A DNA stretch of 56,050 nt, the filler included, from Basidiobolus ranarum (taxonomy: Eukaryota), in NCBI GenBank assembly GCA_040143965.1. It is 3 parts of 3 records of this genome, joined end to end, with 100 filler letters (N's around TTAATTAATTAA, not from the genome) between each part and the next. Parts side by side here need not be neighbours in the genome. Positions count along the whole stretch, not along the records: positions 18,776 to 37,415 come from JASJQH010007147.1; positions 37,516 to 56,050 come from JASJQH010007149.1; 1 more part is not named here. One strand, written 5' to 3'. Below are positions 25,592 to 37,959 of the stretch, in pieces. How positions within the stretch are numbered: position 1 is the first letter of the stretch; each line of letters starts with the position of its first letter. The notes below the pieces were generated by a model. That model was not told the origin of the DNA. It worked only from the letters and a program-made list of their open reading frames with translations, and did no database searches. The translations under genes were made by a program, and so were the position numbers.

Positions 25592-26536
25592 ATCATCCAC
25601 TATCAAGAGCAAAATATTTTAAAACGGTGACAAAGGAAGGTAACGATTGGTAAGGTAAGCAAGGAGATGAGGTGGTTGCAATAGTCTAATCTAGTATCGG
25701 GTCCAAGGAAAATAATCCTCCAAGAAAAGGTAACCAACAGAGGAGAAAGGTTATTGCACAAGTTGGACTACTTACTGTTACTTGACTTGTTATGACTGGA
25801 CCGAGGCGATATTGAGTATGAAAGTGGTTAGGTTAGTATCAAAGGTTGATGAAGCTAAATTTGGCCCAACGACAATATTCTCTCTGTTTTCTCCTGGGTA
25901 AAGAAATCACTCGGATGACTAAAATCGATAGAAAATTTAGCATTTCACAATTGTAAACAAAATATCTGAAAGAAATCTAACCAATCTAGATAATTTATTT
26001 AGGTAATTTCTTTTTTTTTGTCATCTTTTTGAAAAGGTTTTCCATCATTTTTCCTACCAAGTCCAAGAGCACGTTGCTAATCAACTACAATGCTTGGATA
26101 TGCATTGTTCTATCTTAGTTATATGTTTAGATGAAATAAGATCTCTTTTCAACTCTTTATTCTAATGAGCGTGGCTTAGACAGTGGATGTGAATGGGGGT
26201 GGATGTGGGTGTGGGTGTGGGGATGAATGCCATACACTTTTACTGCCAATTGAAGTGAAGGTTTAACGAAAACATTAGGTACATCAAAGTATCGAATCTT
26301 ATGGAAGGCAGTTTACAAAAAGAGATGGAAGCATCAGAAAACATATATAAGAAATTCGTGGTTGCTGAGAAGGGACGGGGGTGTCGATGTATACATTCCT
26401 CCAAGGTTCGCCAAGGGTGAGGTAAGGATGGAAAAAGAAGAGTTAGAATGTCGATGCCAAATAGCATGATTTCTAATATTTAGATGTGGTAAATGTTGAG
26501 GTTATCGTGGGACGCTCTTGGTTTCTATGCCGCTTG

Positions 26537-29500
26537 TCACGCGTTGTCATCAGTTAAGACAACATGTGTATTCTCGGTTCCCTTTTCTTCATTAGTCTCG
26601 ACTTTTTCGACGCCAGTGGAGGGATTGGTTTTCGTCTCATTACTAGACTTTTTGTGGGTTTTTTGGCTTGGTAATTTTAGTTTATCGAGAGTTTCTTGCG
26701 AGGATTTCTTGTTCACTCCTGATTTACGGAGGGGAATAAGAGATTCGCGTATTCCGTTCGGTGACTCCTTTCCTTTGTTCAAGGTAGAGAACACTTTGCT
26801 TAATGACCCAGTGGGGGAAGCGTTGGAGTCTTGGCTCTTCCATTTTCTCCAGCCTTCGAAATCAATCAGCGCTTGCATACAACCCCACTCCATAATTTTC
26901 TTCTCCAACCATACAAGCGATACAGGCTTTGTCAAGAAATCATTACAACCAGCAGCTAAGGCGGCATGTCGATCAGACTGCAAAGAGGAGGCAGTGAGAG
27001 CCAGAATAATCACTGGTGAGCAGAATGGTGATGAAGGCGATGTAGGATTAGGGTCACCATTCGAGTCAAATGAAGATGCACCCAGAACTCCAATCTTCTG
27101 CATCTTCTCGATACTTCGAATTTTCTTTGTCGCTTCGATACCATCCATAACTGGCAGCTGGATATCCATCTACGAATAGAATCCACGGTCAGGATTAAGC
27201 TAATGAAAAATGAAAGCATAAAGAACCTACCAAAACCAGATGGAATCCACCCTCTTTCCACTTTTCGACCGCTTCGAGACCATTGTTAGCTACTGAATAC
27301 TTAATTTTCCGTTTTCTCATAAATGTCGATAGAATGGTTTGATTGATAGGGTTATCTATGATGGGATTTTAGCGGGAATTGAATAAAATAAATATCCTCA
27401 TTTTCTTGGAATGCTTACCTTCTACAATCAATACGTTAATGGGTGGACTAACTACGCTAGACAATGCTGAGGTTGATTTGGAAGTGGCGCTTGACGGTCT
27501 GATCGCCTTTTTCTTTTGACTGGCTTTGGATTTGCCCTTGGTTATGGTAGATGTTGGTATGGGAAGGGTTTCCGGAAGCGGAGCGGAGAGTGGAGTGGGA
27601 AGAGGGGCAATCCGTAGAATTGGCGAAGATATGACTGGGACCATACCTGGAGAGGCCTTTGACCGAGAGACTGCAATGGGAGGAAGAGCTATTGGTTTTC
27701 CATTAATCATTGGAGAGACCAATGCAGGTCGACTACTGGCTCCTGGGGTAGAGGCTGAGGGATTGGTGGGAGTATTCTGATCCGATGTTTTACGATTCAG
27801 ATAAGGTGTGACGCGCGAAAGAGCCGAGACAACTGGCTGCTGCCCATTGGAGGCGAATTGTTTAGGATCAAAAACAATGGTTCCGGCTATGGGTGTAGCA
27901 GTACCATTACTAGGCGTGGGTACTGCTATAGAGTCCATAGATGAGTCGGTGGGTGGTCGATAAGTGTCAAAGTTGATCATATCCATCGGATTCTTCTCTT
28001 CCTCTTTAGATTGGTGGTATCGAAGGCCGGGGCTCATGGGGGAGGTAGCAATGGGGACATAAGAGGGATCAACCTTGGGCTTCATAACTGCAGTGTAAAG
28101 TGCGGTCAACAGCCTCTTGGGTCCGACTGGCTTTGGTATCACCAACACTTGTGGGGGAAGAAGGTGGTGTGGCATCATTAGAAGAGAATAAACCTCGTCT
28201 TTGATTTGTTGATAGTTGGAGAGTGATGTGAAATGAATGATCGAAGTGATCATGTGATTACTCAAGAACTCCATACGTTTGTGTCTACGATGTTGATGAT
28301 TCGAAAAGTTGAATGCAGGATTATTACGAAGAGAAATAAACTGATCTCGTAATGTTTTGACATCATCGTCAATGATGATAAAAGAGGGCGGAACATCGAA
28401 CTTTGGTGCATCTTCAGCCCCGCCATTGTTATTTGCATTACCCGCATCTACTAGCTTGCCGTTGACAAACTTGGCACCGCCATTAGGTACATGTAGACTC
28501 TTGTTGGCGGAGGTGCTTTGTGGTGGTGCTTCAGAGGGCATGTCAATTGAAATATGGGTGATATCGGTACCCCAAATCGTAAGACATGAGGTTAAATGCT
28601 TGGCAAAGGTTGAGTGATTTTTAGCATGGAGTGCGACCCTTAGTCCACGAAGTGTATTTGAGAATGATGTTAATTCTTTTATACCGGGTTCATCCGAGAT
28701 CTTTAATCGGCGCTTAGAGTCAGACTTACGTCTAGCTTTCTTCTGGCTCTCTAGAGCTGAGTGCGCCATAGGTAGTTTGAAGAGAAGTTTAATGGCCTGA
28801 CACTTTTCTCTGTTCTCATTTTGCACTTCACCACCCAATTCTTCGATCAGTTTCTTGGTATAGAGATCATCCAAACATATCTCGGCGTTGGACGCAACTG
28901 CTGATTGACTTGGTGTATATAATACTTCGATAGTGCACTGATACGTAGATTTTTTGTTAGAATCGACGGTCGAGATCTGGCTCTCTTCCGAATCTGATAC
29001 CAAATGAAGTCCCAGTTCGATAGCAGTGTGAGTTTTCGTCGAAGCGATCACACTCTTGACTGACTATGACCATTAAGCAACATATTAGTAAATGAACATC
29101 AACTCAAACTAGTTCAAATAAACTCACGTTGATAAGCGCATGTCGAAATGCCTCTTCATTCTCAAGTACATTCATATGATGAAGACCACAATCTCCATGA
29201 CATAATACCAGCTCGACCTTAGCCTCAGCAGCAGTTCCGGCGAGTATATCACCAATACTTTGCATTAGATCACCAATCTCAAACTCAGTTTTCACTGAGA
29301 GAAGTGAATGAAACTTCTCATTCGTCTGTCCTTCATTGAGTAACAATTGATTGATCAAATCCAAGTGAGATGATATACTGATGATATGTCGAAGAGAGGA
29401 GTGTATTGCTGTGACCGAAGCGGTTGGAATGGGAATTGAACAAGCGGATACATGTTCCTGCGGTTTAATCAAGAGTTCTTGGGGCGAAAGTTGCTTTACA

Positions 29501-30270
29501 GTTTGAACCGCCATAGAAGTTGCTTGCTCAAACTCAGTAGTCAGTGTTTTTATAAGTTCACTGTTATGAATAGTATTTTCAGTTATCACTTTGGAAACTT
29601 TATCAGTAAGTTTCTTTAGCTCACTGGTAACAACAGTGGAAAGAGCTTCCTGGTTTCTATCAAGAGCGGTGAGAAGGCAAAGTAATAAAAGGAAAAAAGG
29701 TGAAGATAAAAGAAGAATACTATCGAATAGTGAAGTTTCCGCGCTAAAGTAATTCCTCGGTACTCGTAAAGAAGTAAGATACCCTACTGAGGTAACAAAC
29801 GTTGCTAATAAAGTGGTTAAAAAAGTTACGAGGTATATCGAAAAAAGGAAAAGGGAGAAAATAAGAGAAAGTGATAAACTTTTGTATAAAATAGAATGGC
29901 TATGCGTTAGAGTAATAAAGGAATAGCTCCAGAAACAAAGTTGAGCTACATATAAAAAGTAAAAAGGGGAAAAGAACAAAGAGATCAGAGTAACATTGGG
30001 CTCAGTGAAAAATCTGACCGACAGACTTCCTAGGGAACACAACATGCAAATCAAATATGCAAGAGTGGTTGATTTACAGAGTAAAGTAAAGATGTTGGAC
30101 GAGTTGTTCAATAGTCTTTCTCTGGTTTCATCGGTCGAGAATACTTGCTTGTGAAGTTTCGGAAGTGTATCATTTTCGGTAAAAGCGGTGTTTGTACAGG
30201 GTAAGCTAACACGTTTAACAGAATTCGTATTTTCGCGACTCTGAGAGAGTTCCAAGCGCTCGTTTCCCAT
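26537..30270 (-). CDS. SSK1: SSK1-type response regulator with N-terminal TM helices and a degenerate histidine-kinase region
   Basis: Receiver PPINVLIVE/DNPINQTIL..LMDIQLPVMDGIEATKKIR..ALTASSLQSDRHAALAAGCNDFLTKPVS..EWGCMQALIDF is the SSK1 signature; introns ~27170-27229, 27356-27418, 29065-29127. Confidence 0.85.
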
Positions 30271-31167
30271 TTTAAAAAATATTCTGAGACGAGGAAATGA
30301 CCACGACTCGCTGGAACAATTACAAAGCGGATTTAAAAAGGAAGGTTTGTGTGGATAAAACTGCAACTATCCTATATACCAACTAGTCGAAGCTAAGATA
30401 TTATACAAATAATAAAAGTGTACAATCAATGGAGGGAGGGTTCAGAAGTTAGGAGAATACAATCTGGACTGAAAGAAGATAGAGGCCGGCAAAGGCTAAA
30501 AAGAGCCCAGATACTCCTGAGAATAGGATAGTAAAAAGAGAATTCCGGTCAATTCCGTCGGAAAATAGGATGTTTAAAATTTGATGTTTTGACCTAAATC
30601 TAATTGGATCAATCTCGTTTTGGTCACATTTGACAATCTTGATTTATAAATTAATATCTGAGATTCAGTATTCACTCACAGCACCAATGCCAATGCTGTT
30701 GACAAAAATCAACCATCAAGTCTAACGTGGTACACTCTGGCGATCGTTACACGTCTTATGTAATCACCCTCTCCTAGAACTTTGGCGAAGACGCCATTGG
30801 TTTCCTGTGTGGTATCAAACATTTAGTTCTCAATATCAGGATTCGGGGTGGGGATATTTGGCAGTGAAAGATGACGGCATTGCTGCACAATTCAGATATC
30901 AGAAGATCAGGTTTTAGGTTATGGCACAGGTGTGTGGGACCTAGCACAGCTACCAGAATAATTGCCAAAAAAGATGATATAACGATGCCTTTAATCGGTA
31001 ATTTAACATGACGAAGATGAAATAAATGAATTTCGAATGGGAATCATCTCCAATCTGACGCTTTCAAAATGAAATCTCGAAAACTCTGTTATCTTTTGAA
31101 AGGATGTATGAGAGCGCGGGTCGAGTCGAGCCGAACCATAAACTAATCTATATAATGAATGAAGCAT

Positions 31168-34100
31168 TCATTGAAGTGCAAAAGCGAGTCGTTTCATTGT
31201 AGCGAAGCCTTGAGCGGTAAATCCAAGTCCGATTTTCACAAACCCAAGAATCAGATCAGCTTCGTCCTTGGATAGTCTGTCGTAAGTAGCTTTGTCCAAC
31301 TTCCACAACACACAGTCAATCTCTGCGACCAAAGTATCATGGCGTAATTGATCGGTAAACATGCTCATTTCTCCGATCATCACCCCCGGAATAACAGTCT
31401 CTATGACTTTACTGTGCTGATTCATTTCTACTGAGAAGTGTAAGAGTCCTTGTTCGACTATATACAAGGCATCGGGTTCATCGTCTTGATCCCAAATGAT
31501 AGTATCGGCAGGCACCTCGATCCTCTGGAAGTGCACACTAATCCGGCGAAGAATATCCTCATAGTTTTCAAAGGAGGTCTCCTCGAAAATTTGTAATAGA
31601 AGGGCTAATGGTTGATCTATTTGATATAAAGACTTGCGTAGATTAGGCTCTTCGTTAAGTGCTGTACGGGCTGCATTCTTCAACAGGCGCTGGCGTGGTG
31701 ATGCTGGTGCGAAAGAAATCTCAGAGCGAGTATCGTGTTTAAAATCAGGAATATCTATGTTGTTTGGAGCAGCAAGAAGTGCAGCTCTAATGAGATAATC
31801 CGCTTGAAGTAATACATTTTCACACCATTCTAATCCTGCATTCAAATCTTGGAAATTTTGTACATGAGGGTCATCAAAGCCACCCCATATATGGAAAGCA
31901 CGAAGTGCTACACCCATGTCAGAGTCCGCGCTGACTCCGGATATCACCATATAGACATCATGGCTCTTCAACAAACGTTTGACGCGCACAAAGGCCTCAG
32001 CAGCGCTAAAGTCAAGTCCTTGAACTAATTGGAAGTCCAACACCAAGAAACGAATTGGATTCATTGCCCATTGTCTTGCGTCAAGCACTTCTCGGATGCT
32101 ATTTTCAACACCATTAATCGACCCGAAGAACATGAATCCCTGTAGACGCAATACTTGAATCATTGAGCCGACTTCATTCAAGAATCGTTGTTGCAAACGT
32201 GGTCTACGCACAGTACTCTTAGCGGTGAGACCAGTCAATGAGGCCCGAATGGCTCTACGAGTACTACACAGGTAGACGAAGAAGATGCATGCCAATACAA
32301 CTCCAATAAACATTCCCTCAATAAATCCAAAGATAGCCATGGAAATGACGATGGTCAAGATTGTTGTGTATTCCAAAGTATCTACTTGTCCTATAGGATC
32401 CCATATTCCTTCTTTCATTAATTCCATACCAATGTGGAAGATGAGTCCCCCGACTACCATCGTTGGAATATACCCGACCATAGTAGGCCCTAGCAAAAAG
32501 ATAATTGTTGTGCCCAAAGCTAACATCATACCAGCCACTCTAGAGTCTCCTCCGCATTTGATGAATAGGGTGCTTGTGGAGTACATTAAATAATCTATAA
32601 GAGTTCGATTATTTAGTACTTTGACATGGAAATGACACAATAATAAAGTAATCAGTACTTTGGAAGGAGCCGAGGAAACCAGATCCAAGATTGGAATATC
32701 CATGGGCTACCAGTTCTTTGTTGACATCGACGCTGTCTTGGTTGTTTGTTACGGCCAAGGCAGGAACGTTAATAGGCACGTGCAAGATTCCTGAAGAAAT
32801 TAATGTGAATTTTAGAAATTAAACACTTTCGTTGTTGATAATCCATCAAATTAGATCTTACCGAAGAAGGTTAATGCAGAGATAACAGGTATGAGTGAAG
32901 GTAGGGTTTTCCAACTGGTTTGAGAGAAATCTACATGCATTAGGTAAAGTTAATAATGATTACTTGAATTTTAGTTGATCAGGAAATCTACCATAGTGAG
33001 TCCAATAATCGTAGAAAGGTTTGGATTCAGGTAACGGAAAGACCCAGCCGGTAGTACGTAATTCCTCTAGACTCCAGCCTCCCAAGTATGTAACAGAATA
33101 AAAGACGATAGGAATAGAAAGGAAAAAGCAGGGAACAAACATCGGAGATTGAATCTTCCTCTGCAAGATTCTCATTAATAAAGCTGCACCAAGACTACTG
33201 GCCCATAATGCCAAAATGGAAGGTTCGAAGTAATTTTTGAGAATATCTGGCGCAAGCGAGAAATTTGGGATCCTTGAGGATACCTCAATAGCAGTTTGGA
33301 ATAAAAACCAACCGACTCCACCTTGTGAATGGAAAAGGATTAGTACCAGCGCGAAGAATATTTAATAGCTCGCGAATACTAACCAATACATCCGACTAGA
33401 ATATGGCGAGGGAAGAATCCAACCAGTGAGCCAAGTTTAAACACTCCCAAAAACATAAAAGTCAACCCGGTAAAGATCGTGGCGATTGCATAACCAACCA
33501 TAACCGTAGCAATTACCGCTTTAGGATTCTCTTCTCCTACATCCCGAATGACAATATCGCAACTGAATAGATTATTAGTAGAGATCAACAGAAGCTGTAA
33601 TATTAATATACTTACATTGTATACAGGAAAGGAATCACTACATTTTGGAATCGAGGATTAGATATAATGTCTCGTCAATTAGATAAACCAATATACTTTA
33701 CCTTCCAACATCATGCCTGCATTGGCGCCTTTGAAAGCACTTCCACCAGCTGAGAACACGATTTGGCCTACTATACAACTTACTAGGTACATGGAAATAC
33801 CATCGGGACCAAAGCTTGCGAATATCGGATGTGCAGTAGGGAAACAAATGAACCCATAAGATACGGCATTCAGCAGATTTAGAATAACTCCCAATGCCAC
33901 AGCTGGTAAAAACTGAATAGAATACTTTAAAAATTCGATGGGGTTTTTTGGTATTACTTCTTTAACGGTGTCAACAGGTGTTTCCCTTGTATAGTGGGCA
34001 GAGTAGATGGATCTAGCAATACTTTTTCGTCGAGACCACCTGCTTGAGGCTACATCATCTTCTGGATCCTCCTCAACTGGGACACTTGAATTTGGATGAG

Positions 34101-34775
34101 TATTGTACCCTTTAATGAGTAGAGATAATCTTTCAGCATCCATGTTTGGGGTACGTGAGTATGGTTCATCCAAGTCGTCATCGGCTCTATCGTCGCCATG
34201 ATCATCCTCGATCATACCAACTGTCGCTCTAACAACAGCGTCCATTAAACTCATATGTCTATCTGGTCGAGGAACCGTAGAATAAGAGGAAGCCACGTCA
34301 ATATTGTCAAAGTCATTTGGAGGTCCATATAATGAACCATAATTTATTCCGCTTGAACGGTAACTACCAATCTCCGTAGAAGCAGTATGGCGTAGTGGGG
34401 GGCCGTGGGCAGAAAGTTGGGAATAACTTTGAACGGTAGCATAATTATTGAGGCTTTGATTAGGTATCGAAGCGCCTAGCAAACCGGGATTAGCGTTACT
34501 AGATTCATTCAAAACCCAGTTGCTAAGCGCAAGGGTTTGTGAGCGAAGAGTTTCCGGGGAAACTGAATAATCCTGGGCTAAAAGAAAGGTGTCAGTAATG
34601 TACGAAGTAAACCATTTTGAAATAAGATTATTGCAGTCTGATTGTTTTGATAGAATAAAACATAATAGTTACCCGCATCAATTTCGCTTTGAGGACGGCC
34701 AAAGAATGACTTCACACTTTTGCGTTTTCTGAGGCTGTGTGCTGAGTTATCGATAGGAATGTTTATACTATCCAT
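31168..34775 (-). CDS. SulP/SLC26-STAS-cNMP-binding transporter (Vsb1/YGR125W-like), multi-exon
   Basis: [51 protein letters not shown] and a C-terminal cNMP domain (GEMSMF). Confidence 0.9.
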
Positions 34776-35570
34776 ATTCAATAAATAATAAAGAGTCTAT
34801 AATATATACCAAGTTAAGAATATGGCTAAAGTAAGACAATGTTGAAGAGGCTTTGATAGAAATTAGCCTTCAATTAAAAAAGCATTTATCTACAGGTAAG
34901 AGATTATTGCTTTTAACAGTACGAAGACGTGAAATGACAAGAGATAAACATATGAATTATATATATGTTACTAGGATGTTACTAGGCAAGTCCCTCACAA
35001 AAAGGTTTTGATTGGTTTGATTAACCGAAATTCTCCACAAAAGTTTGCTACATACTAACCGAGAAATCGGTATCACCATCATCGAATACGACAATGATGC
35101 ACAAAATGTATGAAATCAGAATTAAGTTAAAATATGAAAGTACATGTCGTAATTATACAGCAGCAAAGAAGGTGTTACATGCGGAGATAGCGTTTTGGCA
35201 ATGTCGGCCGATGTCAAGTCTATTGCCCAGGCTCGTTCAGGAAAAGTGGGTGTGTAAGGAAGCAGAAAATGATCTCAGTATCTAATCGTGCATCAGGGTG
35301 ATGGGGTTGGGATACCGTGAAAAGCATATGTGTATATATAGTATATAATAGTATAATATTATTATTATTAGGCAATGCGATAGGGATATGGTGGAGAATG
35401 GCCACAACATTTATTCATTTATTGCGCTTTTCACGGTTGCTTGCGCTTTTAATGGTCATCATTTGGCCATATTCTTAATCAGCCTTGAATGCACGTGGTC
35501 TATATTCGATTATCCACGTGATCTATCTAGACCTTCATGTTAAGGTGCTATTTCTTGAATTAATGATGCT

Positions 35571-35642
35571 TATTCCAGAGCATTTCAATTCAATACCCAT
35601 CTGATAAGTTCCTATTCCAGAGCATTTCAAATAAATACTCAT
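35571..35642 (+). repeat. Short direct duplication, 42-bp period
   Basis: TATTCCAGAGCATTTCAA at 35571 and 35613. Confidence 0.75.
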
Positions 35643-35693
35643 TTAATACATAGTGGACTTCTGTCATTATCTGGTATATTGAGGTGTTAGTGA

Positions 35694-35980
35694 TGTTGAA
35701 ATTAACATAGCCTAAGCATCTATATAGTCATATATAGCTTAGTATTTAGTTATTCCATGTCACTCAGATATCACCTACTAGTCGAAATCGGAATTTACTT
35801 GGAAGATTTTGAGAACTTGTCCTAGAGGCCCCAAACTTTCCTGGGACCTTCCTTACCACATTCTACACGTTGGTTTTTTACTCAACTATAAATGTCAACT
35901 CAATAAATCGATAAGTGAAAACCATCAATTCTTTCTAGTTCTCTAAACCACTTCCAATAAACTCTCAAAATACCTCAACA
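35694..35980 (+). mobile_element. Solo copia LTR with internal deletions and a 5-bp TSD
   Basis: TGTTGAAA...CTCAACA; flanks AGTGA / GGTGA. Confidence 0.85.
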
Positions 35981-36849
35981 GGTGAAGGCTATATCAGGAG
36001 TTTTTAAAGTGTTTAAACTAGGCAAACTTTCCATAAGGTTATGAAGAAACATTCCCCAACTCAATCAGGAATCTCCATGAATGTTCTCATGGTGGATTCC
36101 AACGTTGATGTCATGAAAAGCTACTTACATCAAATGAGATATGTTCAGCTTAAAATATACTAGTAACTAAATGGCTAAATCCACCTCAAGTAACATTGGA
36201 CGAGTTGAAATAGTAGCAAGCAAGCACCAACAAGTATATCCAGTTGTTACTGACCGTAAACACACACCAGCATCGAACAAGCTACATGTGAAATCAGAGG
36301 TTAAAAATTCGAGGATTATTCATAGTCAATCTCGTAGATTAATTGATAAACTCCAAGAAAGTGTGCGTACAAGTATTAGCAATTCGATGGATATAACCAG
36401 GTTTATCATAGAGCTAGGTTCAAGTGGAAGTATAACTAGTTCAGTGAGAATCTTGAGAGCACAGAGCATGGTACAATTGGTCAATTGTTTATCATGACCA
36501 AGAGATCCACGAACTCTATGTAACACTGAATCCAGTTATTGATACTTGACGGGTTACTTTTGAGATAGGACGGCCATGGTAGGTGAGAGTGTTACATCTT
36601 GTGCCGTTTCAATAATAAATATATCTAAAACATTCCCAATCACCATGGTAGTATTACTGACAAGTACTCTGTTCAACACGGTATATGAACATTGAAAATA
36701 CCAAAAGATCCTCAATAAAGTGGTTCTCTTCCATTCTTATTAAGACACAGATATGCAGTTTGGTTATTTTCCAAGTGACCATATGGTAGCGTTTAACTCA
36801 ATTGTCTTTGTATGATTTTTTCTTACTAATGGTTTCGATTACGTTTAGC

Positions 36850-37415
36850 TTAATACAAAAGCAGAGCGTCGTAGGGTACCACACCACAAGCTAGACAGAT
36901 ATGAGCAAAAGATAATCTTGCAGAAGACTCGTGCTGAAAAGCATTTCGGACAAACTCGAACTTCTGGAGCCAATTTGTACGGCAGTGGTGATACTGCAAT
37001 GGATAACTTTGCTTTGAAACTTTTGCGGAGCAAAGGAAAGAAAGAGCGAAGAGAGTCGAGCCCAGTATCCAACTTTCAGGATATTCTCAACCACAAAAGT
37101 GAATATCTTTTCTCAATGGCTAACAACGGCCAACATGTTCGTCGGAGAGTTGCATCTGATGCAGGAACACCAATCCCCAACTCTCCACCTCCGCGCAAAG
37201 AATCTATTACTAGTTACTCTGTTCCAATACCAGGGTCTTCTTTAGAAGTACCTGCTATAGGTGATAGCTCAGGGAATCAACATACACCTACGAGCTCTAC
37301 CCAAGCAAGTATCCATTCTCAAATCCAGGCTAACTCTAACTGTACGTTTGTCAAGTTCGGTGAGATGCTATACAGTATACCAGAATACACAGATATTTCA
37401 AAAACATATTCCGAA
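36850..37415 (+). CDS. Probable exon of an unidentified gene, truncated by the gap
   Basis: About 565-nt open frame preceded by CTAAT..TTTAG branch/acceptor; S/P-rich; no recognisable domain. Confidence 0.45.
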
Positions 37416-37515
37416 NNNNNNNNNNNNNNNNNNNNNNNNNNNNNNNNNNNNNNNNNNNNTTAATTAATTAANNNNNNNNNNNNNNNNNNNNNNNNNNNNN
37501 NNNNNNNNNNNNNNN
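37416..37515. other. Assembly gap with TTAATTAATTAA filler
   Basis: N-run containing the artificial linker. Confidence 0.97.
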
Positions 37516-37959
37516 ACGCAATTGAACCAGATGGGTCAAAAGCACCACGATATATTTAGTAATGGAGTTTTATGAACCATTTTAAAATTGACACGACAAA
37601 ATTCGTTGAAAAACCTAAACACGTCCAGAAAGCAGGAGTGCTAAAGTTAGTCCAAACCCCCAACCAAGATTTACGCTCAAGAAAGTCCCAGTAGTGCCTT
37701 TGTTTAATGTTACCTGGTGTATAACAGATAGCCCAAGACTAACCAACAACAAGGTACCAAAAACCTCGGCCAAATATTCACGATATTGAAGACGGAGCCT
37801 AGAAAGCCAAGGAGTACTTTCTCCTGTCACTAGCCGCTTAAGTAAAGGCGACTCGTTTAAGAAACATTTAATGCTTTCATCATTCGTCTCGAAAGTGATT
37901 ATTGTATCACTTGTCTTCCACTTCTCGCCTTGAATTTCCGTTGGATGAATTGTTGTCAT
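37516..37959 (-). pseudogene. Aquaglyceroporin (MIP/GlpF type) 5' part, apparently disrupted; runs into the gap
   Basis: REYLAEVFGTLLLVSLG..SVNLGWGFG then in-frame TAG; the expected GGHLNPAVS appears as GAFDPSGSIA with no AG acceptor. Confidence 0.65.
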
